A stretch of 64,000 nucleotides of DNA from Tubulanus polymorphus. Lineage: Eukaryota > Animalia > Nemertea. A program made the position numbers and the translations under genes. Shown piece after piece: positions 27,501-42,500 of the stretch (its first letter is position 1; each line of letters opens with the position of its first letter). Below the pieces are notes generated by a model. That model did no database searches. It saw only the letters and a program-made list of their open reading frames with translations, and had not been told where the DNA came from. The stretch lies in contig NC_134033.1 of the NCBI RefSeq assembly GCF_964204645.1, positions 9,308,655 to 9,372,654 of the forward strand, in the 5' to 3' direction.

Positions 27501-30500
27501 TAACAAGTGGGTTTATTTCAGATTGATCAGCTATATCGTTCAGGGTTTGTAATGGAGCTGGGACTACTGGTACAGTAAGATACGCCGCCAAATCAGCCGT
27601 GTACATAGCCATTATTATGATAGCAAAAAACCACCAGGATATCACAATTATCTTACCAGACGCAGAAAGAGGAATGAAATCTGCTCCTGGAAAACGAAAA
27701 CAAATGGGTCGGACCAATAGGAAATAATATCTAATAACAGGGATCGACTCTTCTTGGTCAATTGCGAGGTGGTACTTAAATGCTTGATAATCAGAAAACT
27801 AAGATATCAAATGCGCCCAGTGCCCGTAAGGTTACATTGTAAATTGTAAACTGCAAAATGAAACTGCATTCCGTCTACGGTCGGAAAGTGAATACAATGA
27901 CCCGCTAAAACAACTCCATGTGGGCTAAAATCGCCCGACATCCATCTACTTAACTTTCTTCTGGTGGCGAGCTGTTTATGCCTTTTGATTTAACCTCACA
28001 TGTTTTAAATTGAATGTAAATTTAAAAACACATCTTAAATGTACGTAAGTACATCATTAATCGCAGACAGATCAGTTTACCTCGTTCAAGCAACTGTGAA
28101 AACGACATCCACAAAGATTCGTCTAGTGTAAACTTCACAATCTCCGTATCTCCGACTCCTTGACCATACCCATGAATAGGGGATAGTTTATGCACACCGT
28201 ACTGGAACAGTCCTAATGTAAATAAGTATGTATCAGTGTGATTCTCTTGGAATTGCTGGATGGATGATGTGTTCCTATCATCCATCTCTAAAACGACATA
28301 TCGAACGAATACATTACTTTTCATTTCTTAATTATGAATCTAATAAATGACCATCGGTCCTGTGGCTTATACTTCAGATTAAAGGTCAAGTGCCTTCTAA
28401 TTCCTACTTTTTGAGATTTACTTTCCAAATGATGCCTAAGTATATAAATGACGACCTGGGATCAGCCTTATAGAAATAATCACTTACTTGTCTTAAATCA
28501 GTAAAATTAAATGACTGGATCATTGACCTAGCCTATGCATCTCGACTGCAGCCGCGTGTGTGTGAACTCAGTTCTTATAGCCTAATATATAAAATCTATA
28601 AAACAACATCATTCTTTCACTATTCACAGCTCTACTGGCTATACATTGTATGTTTGTTGTGTTATGTATTACAGTATCAAGGCTATACATCAGAAAGAAT
28701 TTAAGAATCTTAAACAACTTCTAAAAGGATTAAATACGCTACGAATGGTGGATGATCATGCGGTGCGGGATTAGAGACTGGAAACTGTTGGATTATTTCA
28801 GACGTACACTGCTTATTTCACCGCGGATTTTTTTAAAATCTATCATCTACACTCTTAGAACAAAGGGTTCTACCGTAGAACCTTTAGGGGTTCTTGGGCT
28901 TGCCTCCCAGGGAGAACCCCTAAAGGTTCTTCAAAGAACCTTTTTTGTAGGGTTCCTTGAAGAACCCCTGGTAAAAGTTCTTTGAAGAACCATTTCGTAT
29001 AAAGGGTTCTTGTTAGAACCCTTTCAATATTATCAAATGGTAAAGCTAAGTTCATTGTTTCAAACCAAATCTATTAGTTTGCCATAGCTTTGGTATTCAT
29101 AAAGCGCACCAAAAGTTTGTTATTCTTCAGTGGTACAACGCGCGTGGAAATGTTTGTCTGACTACTGACGTCTGCGATCGTGGGTTTTTCGCAGCAAACG
29201 CGCACCTGCTGTATACGGCAAACTGGTGAAAATAGCCGACTTTAAAGACTTATTTCTCAGCCATAGCTTTAATAAAATCAAAATTAGTAACAAACTTATC
29301 ATTTATACACATATCACATTTAGAAAATAGGTTTACACAATATTCTATTTAGAGGGCACTTGACCTTTAAATTTAGTCCTTTTTCGATTAACTTTGAGCT
29401 GGATTTTTAGACTCCACAATCCATAGATTATCCCAGCACCCACGAAAATACAATATTTTCATTCTTCTACTCGGATATCGGTTTTCACAAATAATCGATT
29501 CATTCTTGAGAAAAATTCATTCAGATTTGATTGAAAAGTTTAAAATCGAAATAAGACGACCAACTATCAACTAGCGAACCTGGTGGATCCCCACCTGCCA
29601 TACGAGGAATCCTCGGTTGCCACTACCCCGTTATAGGCTTTCAAATTTTATCAGTATTTGTAACGCGGGATTTTCACATTTGGAAACCAGATCATTGGAC
29701 GCAGCGGAGAATCGGCAGTGCCTGGGTGATATCTGTTATGCTAACGGTATTCTCGAATGCAGTGTGTTACATTTTCCGTGCAAGTGAAAAACTCTGGTTT
29801 TACATCTTTTGTGAAGCGACAATAACGATAATGACAGCCGACTTGGATAGATGCCGCATGGGTATAGACTGGTGATATCATATATAGCGCAGCAAGAGCT
29901 TCAGTGATAATACAAATATACATTGAAATCTGAAACCCAAGGCGGTAAACCCTTGTGGGGGTTAAACACCAGGTCTAGCTCACGACTGGTACTGTTACTT
30001 ACTATGAATATTAATACGACTGTTACAGTGCAGTAAAACAAGTGTTTTATGAATTCAGATGTATTTTCGTCTATTTAAGCAGTAAATTAAGTAATGGGAA
30101 AACATTAGTAAGGCCATGGCTCCCACGTGCCTCGGTATCTGGTATCGTTTCTGCTACTACCGGCTTAATAGGTCAACTCCCTATGTTTTCACCATGAGAA
30201 AAATTTTTTCAAAATGTTCTCAGTCTTCAAAAAGTCCTACGCTTCTACTGAGGGCCGGATGGGCAATTTGATCACTAGGGCACCTGCAATTCATTGTGGT
30301 GCCCCTATGAAATGTTGTAGCTTCTTAAATGAATCATGATTACCACCAAATCTGTTGGCAATGAAATGATACATCCTGTCACACCAAGAACTATATTTAG
30401 CCCGTGAACTTGAGACAGGCCCTTTTACTATTCCCGGTCAGTTACGCATGATAAGTTTGTCTGAAGAAAGTAATGTTCTTCTTAATATTTCAATGTCTGA

Positions 30501-33500
30501 TATTTTTGAAACCCATTGAAAGATACCATTTTTATTCGATTTCCATTAAACATCCGAACTTTTCTTGAACACAAAATCATGAAATCAAATAAGTACCATA
30601 AATAAAATTTTCAGCACATTAACGCATTCTTTACTATCAACACTATCGAACGACACATGCCCATGCTTACCAGCTATTAGTAAAGCTAGACCGAGAAAGC
30701 CCCAAACATCTGCATGAAACGGCCGAAACATTCTGAACATTTTATTCATTTCTTTCGGTCGTTTTACGATGAAACTGACTCCATCTTGAACTATAGGATG
30801 AGGAAAATCTATAACTTCTTCTCTTATCGATGTGACCGTAAAAGGTCCAATAGCCATATCGATTTCCTGTTAGATATTTTAAATAGATATTATATATTGC
30901 TGAACGAAGCCTACAATAGGAGATAAACTGGCAGATGACAGTTGTGTGCGATTGCTTACCCCTGCTAACATTTGACCAATCATGCCGTTCCAAGCTGTAG
31001 CGTTATTTATAGGTGCACCGTATTGTCTATCAGGGGGTTCGATTATTTTGTAACTGTAAGAAAAAACATTGAAACCTCTTATACACTATTTTTGAGAAAA
31101 TTGTCCGAATGAACATCCAAATTAACTAGTCTGACCTTATACTCGGATATTAATTTTTAATATCTCATTATGGTTTATCTAGGTGACACAGAAACAAATT
31201 ATTGTAATCAGACGTGTCCAATTGTACGTGGTTGAAAGTAGCAGCATGAGAATCTACTAACGTCATTCCTTACCTGAAGTTAAGTTGTGTAGCCAATTCA
31301 TCAAGTATATCAAAACAGAAGCCTTTATACTGAACATAAGGAAAATCTAAATCTTTCACTTTTATGTTAAACGGCCATGCCTGAAGACAAAAAAAGGAAA
31401 AGTGTTGAGAACTAAAAAACAGTCAATCAAATGATCAAAAACAATAGAATAGGCGTCCGAAAAAAGTTTACATTGGTTATTCCTACAATGACCAGTTTAT
31501 AAAAAATGCTTTGGCGGCCATGTGCATCGTCAGAGGAGGACTTGGGGAAATAGACACATGCACAGAGAACCAGCACTGCGTACTTTGATCCACTCCTCTA
31601 TCGTAGTGTCCATCTCGTTACCTCTTGTAGCATAGCGGGTAATGGAAAATGATTTTGAAATATAATTCATTTACCGCATCTAAATGTTTTGCATAAAACT
31701 TGATAAAGGACCCTGGTCCAGTGGCTCGCCAAACTGGTGAGAAGTAAAAAAATGTGTCATGTATAGGCTACTAATACGCAAAAATTAATTTCATCGAAAA
31801 TGAAAAAAGAAAGAACATATCAAAAAGTACTTTATTTTGGTCAGTGATAACTGAATTTTTAACGAGAATGAAATCTTCGAAAAATTGTTCATGATTTTAA
31901 TACCTGGAATGACATATATAAAACAACTAACACCATGAGTGGCCAAGTTTATGCAAATTTGAGGCCAGTGCCGGTTACTGTCAAGATAAAGTTTTCGACA
32001 TGGTTTTTAATAACATGACGGTAGGATCGCTTTTAGTAGGCAGACAAGCTTACATATTCACTCAGACAAATCGTTGTTATGCGCGACCTACACCGTGGCG
32101 CGCGTACTCTATAACTGATACATACACGCACTGAACACGATATATTGCATACGCGACCTTACACGACTGCTTTCAACTCATCACTGTGCCGCGATTAACA
32201 AACTAATACAAATAATCAGGCCCCAAAACGGATCGTTAATGCGAACGTCAATAATATGACTTCAATTAATGATGATAAAACAATAATTCCAGTCGTGTTG
32301 ATATCTATGGTGGCTGATTTGGGCCATGTAATAAAAAATCACAGACGTTACGAATTTTTTTCACGGACGCTTAAAGGTCGTTTTATTGGCAATGAAACGA
32401 AAATAACCACGTTAAAACGAGACATTACCGCGATAAAACGAACTTTTTCGTTTAATGCCCGCGTTAAAACGAAAAATAGCGCGATAAAACGAATGTTACC
32501 ACGTTGAAACGAGAAAAAGTTCCTCCTTTTATTAGAACGATAACCACACTCACACGTGGTGAACGGATAATAAGATAACTAGGGGTCCAGGGATACCATG
32601 CCCACTTGGGAAATGGTTTCCAATGCTCAACAATCTAACAATTTCAATATTCAACGCCCCCTGGTGACCATATATAAAAACCAATGACCTTGAAACTCGC
32701 CACAATCATAGAATCTGTCAGCAGTTATGATTTTGTAATTGATTGTGATAACAAAATATGCCTTGTTACCACTTTAATATGGAAATACTAAGTAACTCTA
32801 CTATTCAAAGCCCTCTAGTGACCATATGCAAAACCCAATGACCTTGAAACTCACCAAAATCATAGAACATCTTATAAACTACAACTTTCCAATTGATCAT
32901 GGTAACAAAATATGCCTAGGTACCAATCTAATAAGGAAACATAAATTATTCTACTATTCAACGCCCCCTGATGACCATATAGAATTACTAATGTCCTTAA
33001 AACTCACAACAATCATAGACGATGTCATGAGCTACAATTTTGCAATTAATTGTGGTTACAAAATATGCTTAGGTATCAATATAATGTGGAACAACTTTTT
33101 CCCACCTATGAATAGGTATACCTATTCATAGTATATATACTATTGATACCAAGATGGCCGCCAATTGCGCCACATTTGGCCGATCAAAAATACCTGGCTC
33201 AGGTATAAAACATCCATTTCCAAAGAATACCCACACAAATTGCAATGAGAAATGGAAAACCAGTAGGAAGCTACAGGACTCAGAATTTGGGCCAAAATTT
33301 ACATTTCTGGGCACTAAAAAGGTCATAGGACAACCATCTTGAGTCCGATTGACCCAATTTTTCTTATGGTGATGGGCCGTTTGGGGGTTCAAATATATCC
33401 GAAAGATCAAGGTAATTGGTATAAGCGTCTTTCCCTCAAAAAGTGTAATAAGTGCTTTGACGATTTTGACGAACAACAATGGCTGACAGTCGGCCATCTT

Positions 33501-36500
33501 GATTCTGACAGGGCCAGTTTTTGGGCTGATGATGTGTCTAGGGTAGATACATGTATAAACCGAAGTCCCAAGTTGGCTAAAAACCCACTATCTACAGATT
33601 AAAAGATCGAAAATATATGAAGACACGACGTTTCGACCTCACCCTAGAGATCATCGTCAGTTGTGACGATGACGCACCTGACGATGATCTCTAGGGTAAG
33701 ATCGAAACGTCGTGTCTTCATATATTTTAGATTGAATAAATAAATTCTTGTTTTTAATTTCTTTTAATCTGTAGACAGTGGGTTTTTATCTTAGTTCCTT
33801 TTATTGCGCGATAGAACGACTTTTCTCGTTTTACCGTGTGGTAATTTTCGTTTTATTTTCAGTTTTAACGATGTAATTCCTCGTTTTAACGTGGCAATTT
33901 TCGTTTTATTGCCATTGCGCGATAAAATGACTTTAAGGAGTCTGTAAAAAATTTTTTTTCAATATTTGTGATTTTTTTTTTCATGGCCCGAATCAGCCAC
34001 CATAAATATCATCATCATCATCATCTTAAAATTTCGATGCTATCAGCTGATCAGTATCATAGTGTATCAGCCGTGTGGAGAACACGGAAGTATGAATTTG
34101 CGCAATTAGATAGCGTAATTTCGTCAGATATCTTGATGCAACGTTACCTTATGGACGGGATTTCAAAACTTGATGAATCATTGAACACATCGCATACAAT
34201 AAATCGTTATATCATATGCCTTGAGTATCAGATTTCGCGCTAGAAATGATGAATATGAACCTCTTCAATTGTGCCTACATTTTGATTAGCGAAATAGCGC
34301 ACCTGCTCATCCACCACATTTACATATTCAACGAATGCTATGACGTCATGAAGGAGTTCAAAGCTGGTCAACACACATAGCGGGTCATGACATAACAATC
34401 AGATATAACTATCCTCACTACGTGGCGCTGCGGACAGATGGAAGAAATCAGTTTGGCTTTGGTTTTCCTCGCATTCGGACGTTCTTAATATGCGGTTGTG
34501 GTGGTTCACGGCTTGGCTTTGTTCTGTGACCATGTGCCTGTTGAACTGTGTGCGTCTTCCGTTGTGCAGTTTGGAGTCTGTCGTCCGGGATATTCCACTG
34601 TGTGTGGAATATGGGGTAGTCCACTGTGTGTGGTCAGATCCAATGCGTTTGGATAGATTTTTGAAGCCCATTGTGTGCGGGCATCCATTGTGTTTGGGTC
34701 AAAATTTTTAGCGATCAAATGTGTTTGGATAGATTTTTGCAGCCCACTGTGTGGGGCGTCTTATGTGTATGGACCACAATTTTTAGCGATCCAATGTGTT
34801 TTGATAGATTTTGAAGCCAACTGTGTGCGGGCGTCCAATTTGTTTGGACCAAATTTTTAGCGGTCTAATGTATTTGGATAGATTTTGCAGCCCACTGTGT
34901 GCGGGCGTCCAATGTGTTTAGACCCAATTTTAGCGATCCAATGTGTTTGGATGGATTTTGAAGCCCATGTGTTTGGAACAAGTTGCTGTAGCCACTGTGT
35001 GTGGACAAGAGGCTGTGTGCGTCACAGCACTGTGTGTCATGATGCCTGCTGTTTGCGGGTGGAGGGCTGTGTGCCCCAGAGTCCGCTGTGTGTGAGAAAT
35101 GAATGGAAGAATCTTTACGTTTAAAAATAGAGAGTAATAATGAATAAATGAATTTTAGGGCAGAGAAAACTCGAAAGGTCATGGTTGTTGGTTCTCCATA
35201 TTCTAAGTGTGTGTACTACGTTATTCCCACCAGTGAGATTTGTCGGTCAGGGAGTTCGTCTATTATTTCTGTCTTCAGATCCGTTTCGGTGATTTTATTT
35301 AAACGCATTTTCGTTTCCGTGGAGAGTTTAATCGCGCTCATCGCTTGATTTTTTTGACTACTATCTTATTCATTGTTCTTGTTCGTGGCTGGTCAGCTTC
35401 GTGTTGCGTTTGCCTTTGTATTCATCGGGTTTTACTAGATGATCAATTTGTCTTTTATCGTTTTGGAGGTGAAAATAAAATTGCAAAGGATTTGGGCCTG
35501 AAACCTGTTGATTGTTTACGCTGGTAATAAAGTTAGATTGTCGATCAGTTTCAATTTGTTGTTTCATTGCGTCCTGTCATCAATTCTCTAGCCGCGGGCG
35601 TATAAGTGTCCGTTGTCATTGCTTCGGTCGGGTTGGCTGGGGGGTTGATTTAGTATACTCCTTCTAGTTGCCTATAGGATACGGTACGATCTGTTTTGAC
35701 TGGGTGTTGATTCTATTTTCGACGATAGTGGTTACCGTTGGGTAACTATTGCGGGGTTGCTTTTCAGTACCTTTGGTCATGTTACCGCGGCTGATGATGC
35801 CTACAAAATATTATATTTTATCTTTGAGCGATTAGGGAAGTTCGGTCCTGGGGCGTAAGGCTTTTACATATGTTCTCGATATTGCTTATTCGCGCTCGCT
35901 GTTTAACTCCCCTTGAATGTAAGTTATTCTCAAAAATTTTTCGTATCATATTTTCCATCTTAGATGCTTCAGGTTCGCATTCAGTCAAATAAGAAACGTT
36001 AAGTCACGTGAGTGTCCCAACTTTCTGGCTGGCACGACTTGAAGGTGTTTCATCCCTTGTGATTTTATAAAGAGCGTCACGACCGTCTGATAATGATCCT
36101 CAACGACCAATTATTTATCGGAACTTTATAGCGGATATAAACACAAGGATCCAGTTCCACAGTGTGAGTTAGAGTTAACTCTGAGTTACAGTCAGTTCAT
36201 TTTCGATTAGTTAACTCTGAGTTAAATCTTAACTCAGAACTGTGGAACTGGGTCAAGGTATTTCCGTGATATTTTGAATTTATTCGCTGTTCATATTCAG
36301 CGCCATTCTCGCGAGATTATCAACAACCCGGAAATAGATGAATTGGGGCTGCATCAGCAAAGAAGAAATTCAAGATGGCCACCCCAATGGCAACCATATT
36401 TGATCACCAATGACATTTTTTTACAATAGGGGTGGATATCTCGCCAAATCCAATCTTCAAGCTAATTTTCAAAAAGTTTCACTGCAAATTACAGGCGAAT

Positions 36501-39500
36501 TACTGTGTCGAATTCAGTTCAATTCCTGAGGTCCTGGCTTAGACCTATGCAGAAAGGAGTCAATTAAGATTCGGCTTTTTTGAAAAACCAGCACAGATGC
36601 CTATTAAAATCACGTGTAATTAAAAAGTTCAGCGCTTGCTTCTTAGTTTGATGTCCCTGTTTTCACATCCTCCCTCTGCAGGGACTCGAACCAGATGGCA
36701 TCGCTACACTCAGCCACAGCACGAACCCCTGCATCAGTAGACCGGGTGCGCAGGTACATGCGCAGGTACATGCGCAGCTTTGCGAACGAAAACTGGCGGC
36801 ACCAATCAGATTGCTCGTTGTATAATCGTTGAGGCAAATTTCAAGGAAGAACTATAAATGGGAAAACCCGGGCTAAAATAAAACGGGATTTCGGATTGGC
36901 TAAAAATCACATCATCTGCATGTATCTGCGCACACGGTCATTTATGGCAAGGTTTCGTGCCGTGGCAATCTCGATGCCATTAGGTTCGAATCCCTGCCGG
37001 GGAGGATGTGTTTTCGTCGCGCACGTGGTTAAAACTATTGTTACGTCTTCAACAGCTACAACCGCACCCGCGTATGTCAATAATCTTAATTGATTCGATC
37101 ATATACTAAAATGCTCACTATGAAAAAACTATGCGGTGAATCAATCCGGAATTTTTGAGTAGAATGTCAGACACTAGGTACCTTTCTTTAAAGGTTTATT
37201 TGTTGTATGTCATTAACAATCAGTTATATAATACTTTATTCATAACATTGAGGCGGCGCGCCGGCAGCGAATGCTCAAGCAAGGTCAGTCACGTAGGCCA
37301 ACGATAACACGAAACAGACCACGGTTTTGCCGGTTAAGAGCGTCTCTCCACATACATTAGAGGGACTTAATGGACCATTTGTTGACACTAACCTTTAATA
37401 GACTTCGTATGAATTAAATAAAGATAATTCTACCCTGTAATTCCACTATTTAATGATCGACGCGCAGCTCAAACATGGCGCCGCCATTCAATACGCTGGT
37501 CACGATGTATCTCTACACACATCAAAATCACACTTGAAAAGTGTTGAAATCTAGTAATTTGATTGGGAAAATAGCAGCACTATAGTTGAAAAAAGTTGAT
37601 AAACCACCTCCGACTGTCTAATCATTTAAAAGCTTTGCCTTCACATGGAACTATTTCCGCCTTATCACAGGTGCACTCTGCCGATTCAACTATTCGCCCA
37701 TTCAACGATAAAAACTTTCCCACGGTCTTACTATCGGCATTTTCTAATAATTTACTGAAAGATTTATAAAAAGAGAAATGTCACATTCTGCATTAATAAG
37801 ATTAGAGTATTTATTCGTTTGACAAATCTTCCTCTGAACTCCCACCAACAAGTTATAAGTGGCGACACGAAAATGACGTCATCGACTCGACACTACCATC
37901 TGATAACCTTCATGACTACGTCATGAAGGTAAAAATATTAAACCCACGGCTTTCAACTTTGTGCACTATAAAGAAAAACAAATTACGAAATATTTTTGGC
38001 TTAATCCGTTCAATCAATTCGCCCATTGAAATTACAGGCTACTGAAATTGCGTTTGAGTGTGCTAAAAATAGCTTTGAGCGTAGTGTATTAAGCATACGA
38101 ATGATTTTCGGTCGGCCAGACCGTTGACAAACCTGAGATCAAATGATGACAAATATGTGTTTAATTGGTGCCAAAGGCAACTAAACTAATAATCTAATAT
38201 TCTAGGTTGGCCTCTGGGTATCGTAAACAGGGGGGGGGGGGGGGGGCCACGAGACAGATGAATTTAAAGGAAATAAATGAAATGTAGTAAATTCAACTTG
38301 CCGCTGTTTATTGGGGGCATATGATGTTACTGTTGGTCCAACATTTTAAGATCAAAGAAAAACAAAAAGTAACATAGGATAATATAATACATTTTGCCAG
38401 GTATGAACCAAGAAACGATTAGAATTTGATTTGGTGATTGAATACATATAATAAGATGAGCCAATTCTACCTGAAAGATAATCTAAGAGATGCGTACCTC
38501 TCTGGCGCCAATAATCAGCGTCTTGTTGTTAAACTGCCTGAATACATTCGGGAAAATGAATCTGCCTTCTACGACCACCAGACGTTTTAAGAAATCCCAC
38601 CTGGCAACTAGCAATAATGACGTGGAGTTATCCTTATCAGTATTGATACTATGGATAACGAATTCCTGCCGTCCGTCTACATCTCCGATTTCCTATAAAA
38701 CAAGAAAAAAACATAAAGCACGATGCATAGCAGATGACAAGTTTTCTTACGTCTCAAAGCGCAGGTATTAATATGCTGCCTGTACCCCATTCAGATGTGA
38801 TTAAGTCTAGACGATCTGAGTTTCCAGGTGATAAAGTACCTATTTCAGCGATGTAAGGTAAAATGTTGTCTAATGAAAATTTAATTTTAATCTAATGAAA
38901 ATCAAGTCGAAAGTACTGATGAAGGTCAAGGGATCAGATATCTAAGTATTGTCTTGTACAGCCAGCAGTACATTAATCGTATCCATTGGACCTAAGTAGT
39001 TTCAGGACGAATCGCATATCCATATTAATCCGCCCTACAGTATACGCAGCTAACTACTGGTTGACTGGTTGGCTGGATAACTGGCTGACTGTGAACGGAT
39101 GACTGGATGACTTTACAATTGGCCGACTGGATGACTGGGCGACCAGGTGATTGGTCGACTGGATGTCTGGGTGACTGTACGACTGGCCGACTGGTCAACG
39201 GGAAATATTCATGTTTAAGAGAAAACAAATACAAATAAAAGCCTACCTGCCAGGTCATTTTCAGAGATTTTGAAAATGAGAAACAAGGTATGATTTCTGT
39301 TGGCCTAACTCTAAAATTATTGACTTCGGATGGATTGTCCCGGTTCAAATATATCGAATAAACTTTTTGTTTCTATATAAATCGAAACAACACATCGGAG
39401 AAAAGCAATGATTTGTAAAAAGTCCGTTAACTTACCGTTGGATGTATTTCTGTTTGTTTGGTTTGTTGTTTTTTAACTTGTTCCATATCGTTGGAGACAA

Positions 39501-42500
39501 CCATCAATGGTTGAAAAAATTAGCAAAACAATATAGAAAAAGGTTTATTTACCTTAGCAATATCTTTCATCATACGCCGACGAGTAACAGACTTATTGGG
39601 CCTATAGCACATTGAACTTTCATCTACTTTATGGCCTGTATCCGTTCTATCGTTTCTACTGTAAGCTGCAATAATCCTAGATACAACGTCTGTGATTGTG
39701 CTTGTCTCACTCTAAAATCAATTTGTTTACCAACAATAGGTTAAGTGTGTAATCAAATATCGAAACGGGATTGGTAGAAAATGGCGACGAGAATCTTCAT
39801 GACATTGTAAAATTAAACCCTGGATCCCAGGTTGAATTAATCCCCCACCTGGAAGAACTGCGCTTAGAATCGGATTTGACCACCTCAGGAACTGGGGCAT
39901 CAGGTAACACCAAACTCCAAATTGCAGATGGGTTCAAATGAAATAAAAAAAGTGGCTTTAGGGTTATGTTAGACCCGAATTAAAGCCCAAAATATAAATA
40001 AACCAACACGTGTGAAACTGGTAAAAATGTAATTGAACTGGATCCATAGCCAACATATACCGAAACCTGCAGATTAGGATCAAGGGTAAAAACTACATCA
40101 TCTGGAACTGGATCCAGGTTAAAATTAAACCCACAACTTTAAAACTGATATTCAAATATCCGACCTATAACCTATGTCAGATTTCACCCAGTAGTAGAAT
40201 TGGTTCAGGAATGATTAATACTTACACATGTGATAAACCGGTCAATCTGACAAGTTTTGTCACAAACGTCAATCTTCATCGGTGATCCAATAACGGCCAT
40301 GTTAGCCCCTGATAAAGTATCTAGGTTTCCAGTTAAAATTCTCTCTAGATCAACATTGAACCCGAAAACCAGCCATTTGTGCACATGTGAAAGATACGTA
40401 GCTTGCTTAGCCTGGATAAAATAGTCACAGTTATTACCGACAAAGAAACTTAGTAATCACAAAATTAGTAATCATCATTCTCGCTGATTTCAATCGTCCG
40501 GGCATCATCTGTGACTTCAATTCAGACGCGTCAAGAATGAATTCATGAAAAATGAACGTTTGTCAACAAACGAATGAAAGTTTCTAGGCAGCAGACCTAC
40601 ATGTGTTATTAAATTATTTCTAATCATCTAAGCCAGGCGTTTTGATTGCCAGAATGCAAAGAACTCAGATTACGCACATGGAATTTGCAAAACTATGACA
40701 TTCAGTACGATAAACTCTTTAATTGGTACTCACGGCTTTGATCAGACGTTCCAAACGGTCTTCGTTTAAACAGGTTATGAATAGTTTCGTAGGGTCGACA
40801 TGGCGGCTGTGTTTATTGACGGATGCGAATGTCGGCTCCTCGCTATCAATTACTTTTATTGTTGAGATTATTGTTGGTTTATGCGACAAATGAGTTACTA
40901 ACATCTCTATGAAATTCGTATCTAGAATAAAAATAAACAAGATAAACAAACAATTCGAATAGACTGAATCAAACCATTTTTTATCCATTTTACACTTATT
41001 GATGCTTTGCCAAAAACCCTTCAGTAATTAGGAAATGGCGTTTTCATACCAGAGGTCGAGAGGTCGAGACACCTCTCATCACCACAAGTAATTTTTTTTC
41101 CTTATAAATGGGGGATAGAAAAGCATTCTTAGCAACAATAAATAACAAAATAAAACCGGCAAAAAAACAATTTGAAATAAAAAAGTTAGTTGATGTTACA
41201 AAAGAAATTGAACATAAATTATTGAAATTAGAAAAGGTTAAAACTAAATATAGAGATTAAATATCAGCTAATTTAAGCTACTGCAATGTTAGTACATCAC
41301 GAGAATTTAAAGTATTTTTACCTGATAAATGGGTTTCATTGAGTACAGAGGAATTAAAAGATTTAGAAGGATTTAAAATAATCTATCATGGAAAAAATGA
41401 AGATGGTCATCATGATTTAGAAATTGTTGATTAAATTTTTAAAAAATAAATAAATTAAAACAATGAATATCTAGAATCCGAAATGACTTATCTGGACAAT
41501 TTAATTGCTCCGCATAGATAGACAAAAGTAGTGAGATGGTGCCGTATGACACCCACATGGTGATATTCAATTAATTTTTAATTTTTTTGCTTTTTTTCTA
41601 AAATATTAATCCATTTTTTTATTATCAATTTTGGAATTTCAGAAGTATTTTCATTTTTGATAGCAGTTGTTTCAGAATTATCAATATCATAAATTTTATT
41701 TGATTTTTCATACCAACTACATCCAATCAAAATGAATATAATTACAAATCCAGTTATAAAATATAAATATTTATCAAATATTCTATTATTAGAAGTAGCA
41801 GAAATAACAATATTTTCACCATTTTCATAAACATCTTTATTATCTATTTTTTCTTTTTTAGCTTTTTTATATTCTTGTGATTTAATTCCTAATATCCGAG
41901 ACTGTTCAATTTGTTTCGGACTTCTCAGGTTTTTCTTCACAGTTAATTCCTTCACTTCTTCCACTTCGCTCATTTATTGTAGAAAAATTTTTACTTTCAA
42001 TATTCGAAAATGTTATAACTCCAGTTGATAATAATGTCATAAATCCACCTAATTGAAATGATAAATATCCAATCCATTTATTTAATTCAGTCATAACTAA
42101 ATAATCATTTTTTAAATCAGCATATAATCTATTTTCATCTTGAATTGGCAGCATATAATTACATAATTTACTATAACCTTTAACTACATTTTCTGATATC
42201 GCGTCATTAATTCTAGCTGTTCTCGCGGTTTCATGAATCTTAAATAATTTAATAATTTCATCTGATTTCATTGTAATTCATTATAAGTTAAATTTTTACC
42301 AATAAAACTTTTACATTTTCCAGATGCTATTAATATTTCTAATTGTTGTTTACAATAAAGATAATATTCATAATTATTATATGTTGTAACATTATTTAAA
42401 GCACCATCATCAGGAGTTAATTTTGTTTCTGTTATTCCTAAATCATCTAAAGTTTTTTCAATTGGAACATCACCATTTTTAGATTTTATTTTCTTTTCAC

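Larger units (their letters stand above)
32306..34004. mobile_element. TA-flanked MITE (TIR TGGTGGCTGATT.GG.CCATG) interrupted by two nested insertions
   Basis: Left TATGGTGGCTGATTTGGGCCATG and right CATGGCCCGAATCAGCCACCATA. Internal AAAACG / CGTTTT subterminal repeats. Confidence 0.75.

Noticed and set aside
38230-38246. Poly-G run
   Set aside because: A simple intronic homopolymer with no supporting context.
41051-41090. GAGGTCGA tandem duplication and CTCATCAC (also at ~50302) as a possible terminus or TSD of the element
   Set aside because: There is no matching sequence at the right end and the match is too short to support a TIR or TSD.
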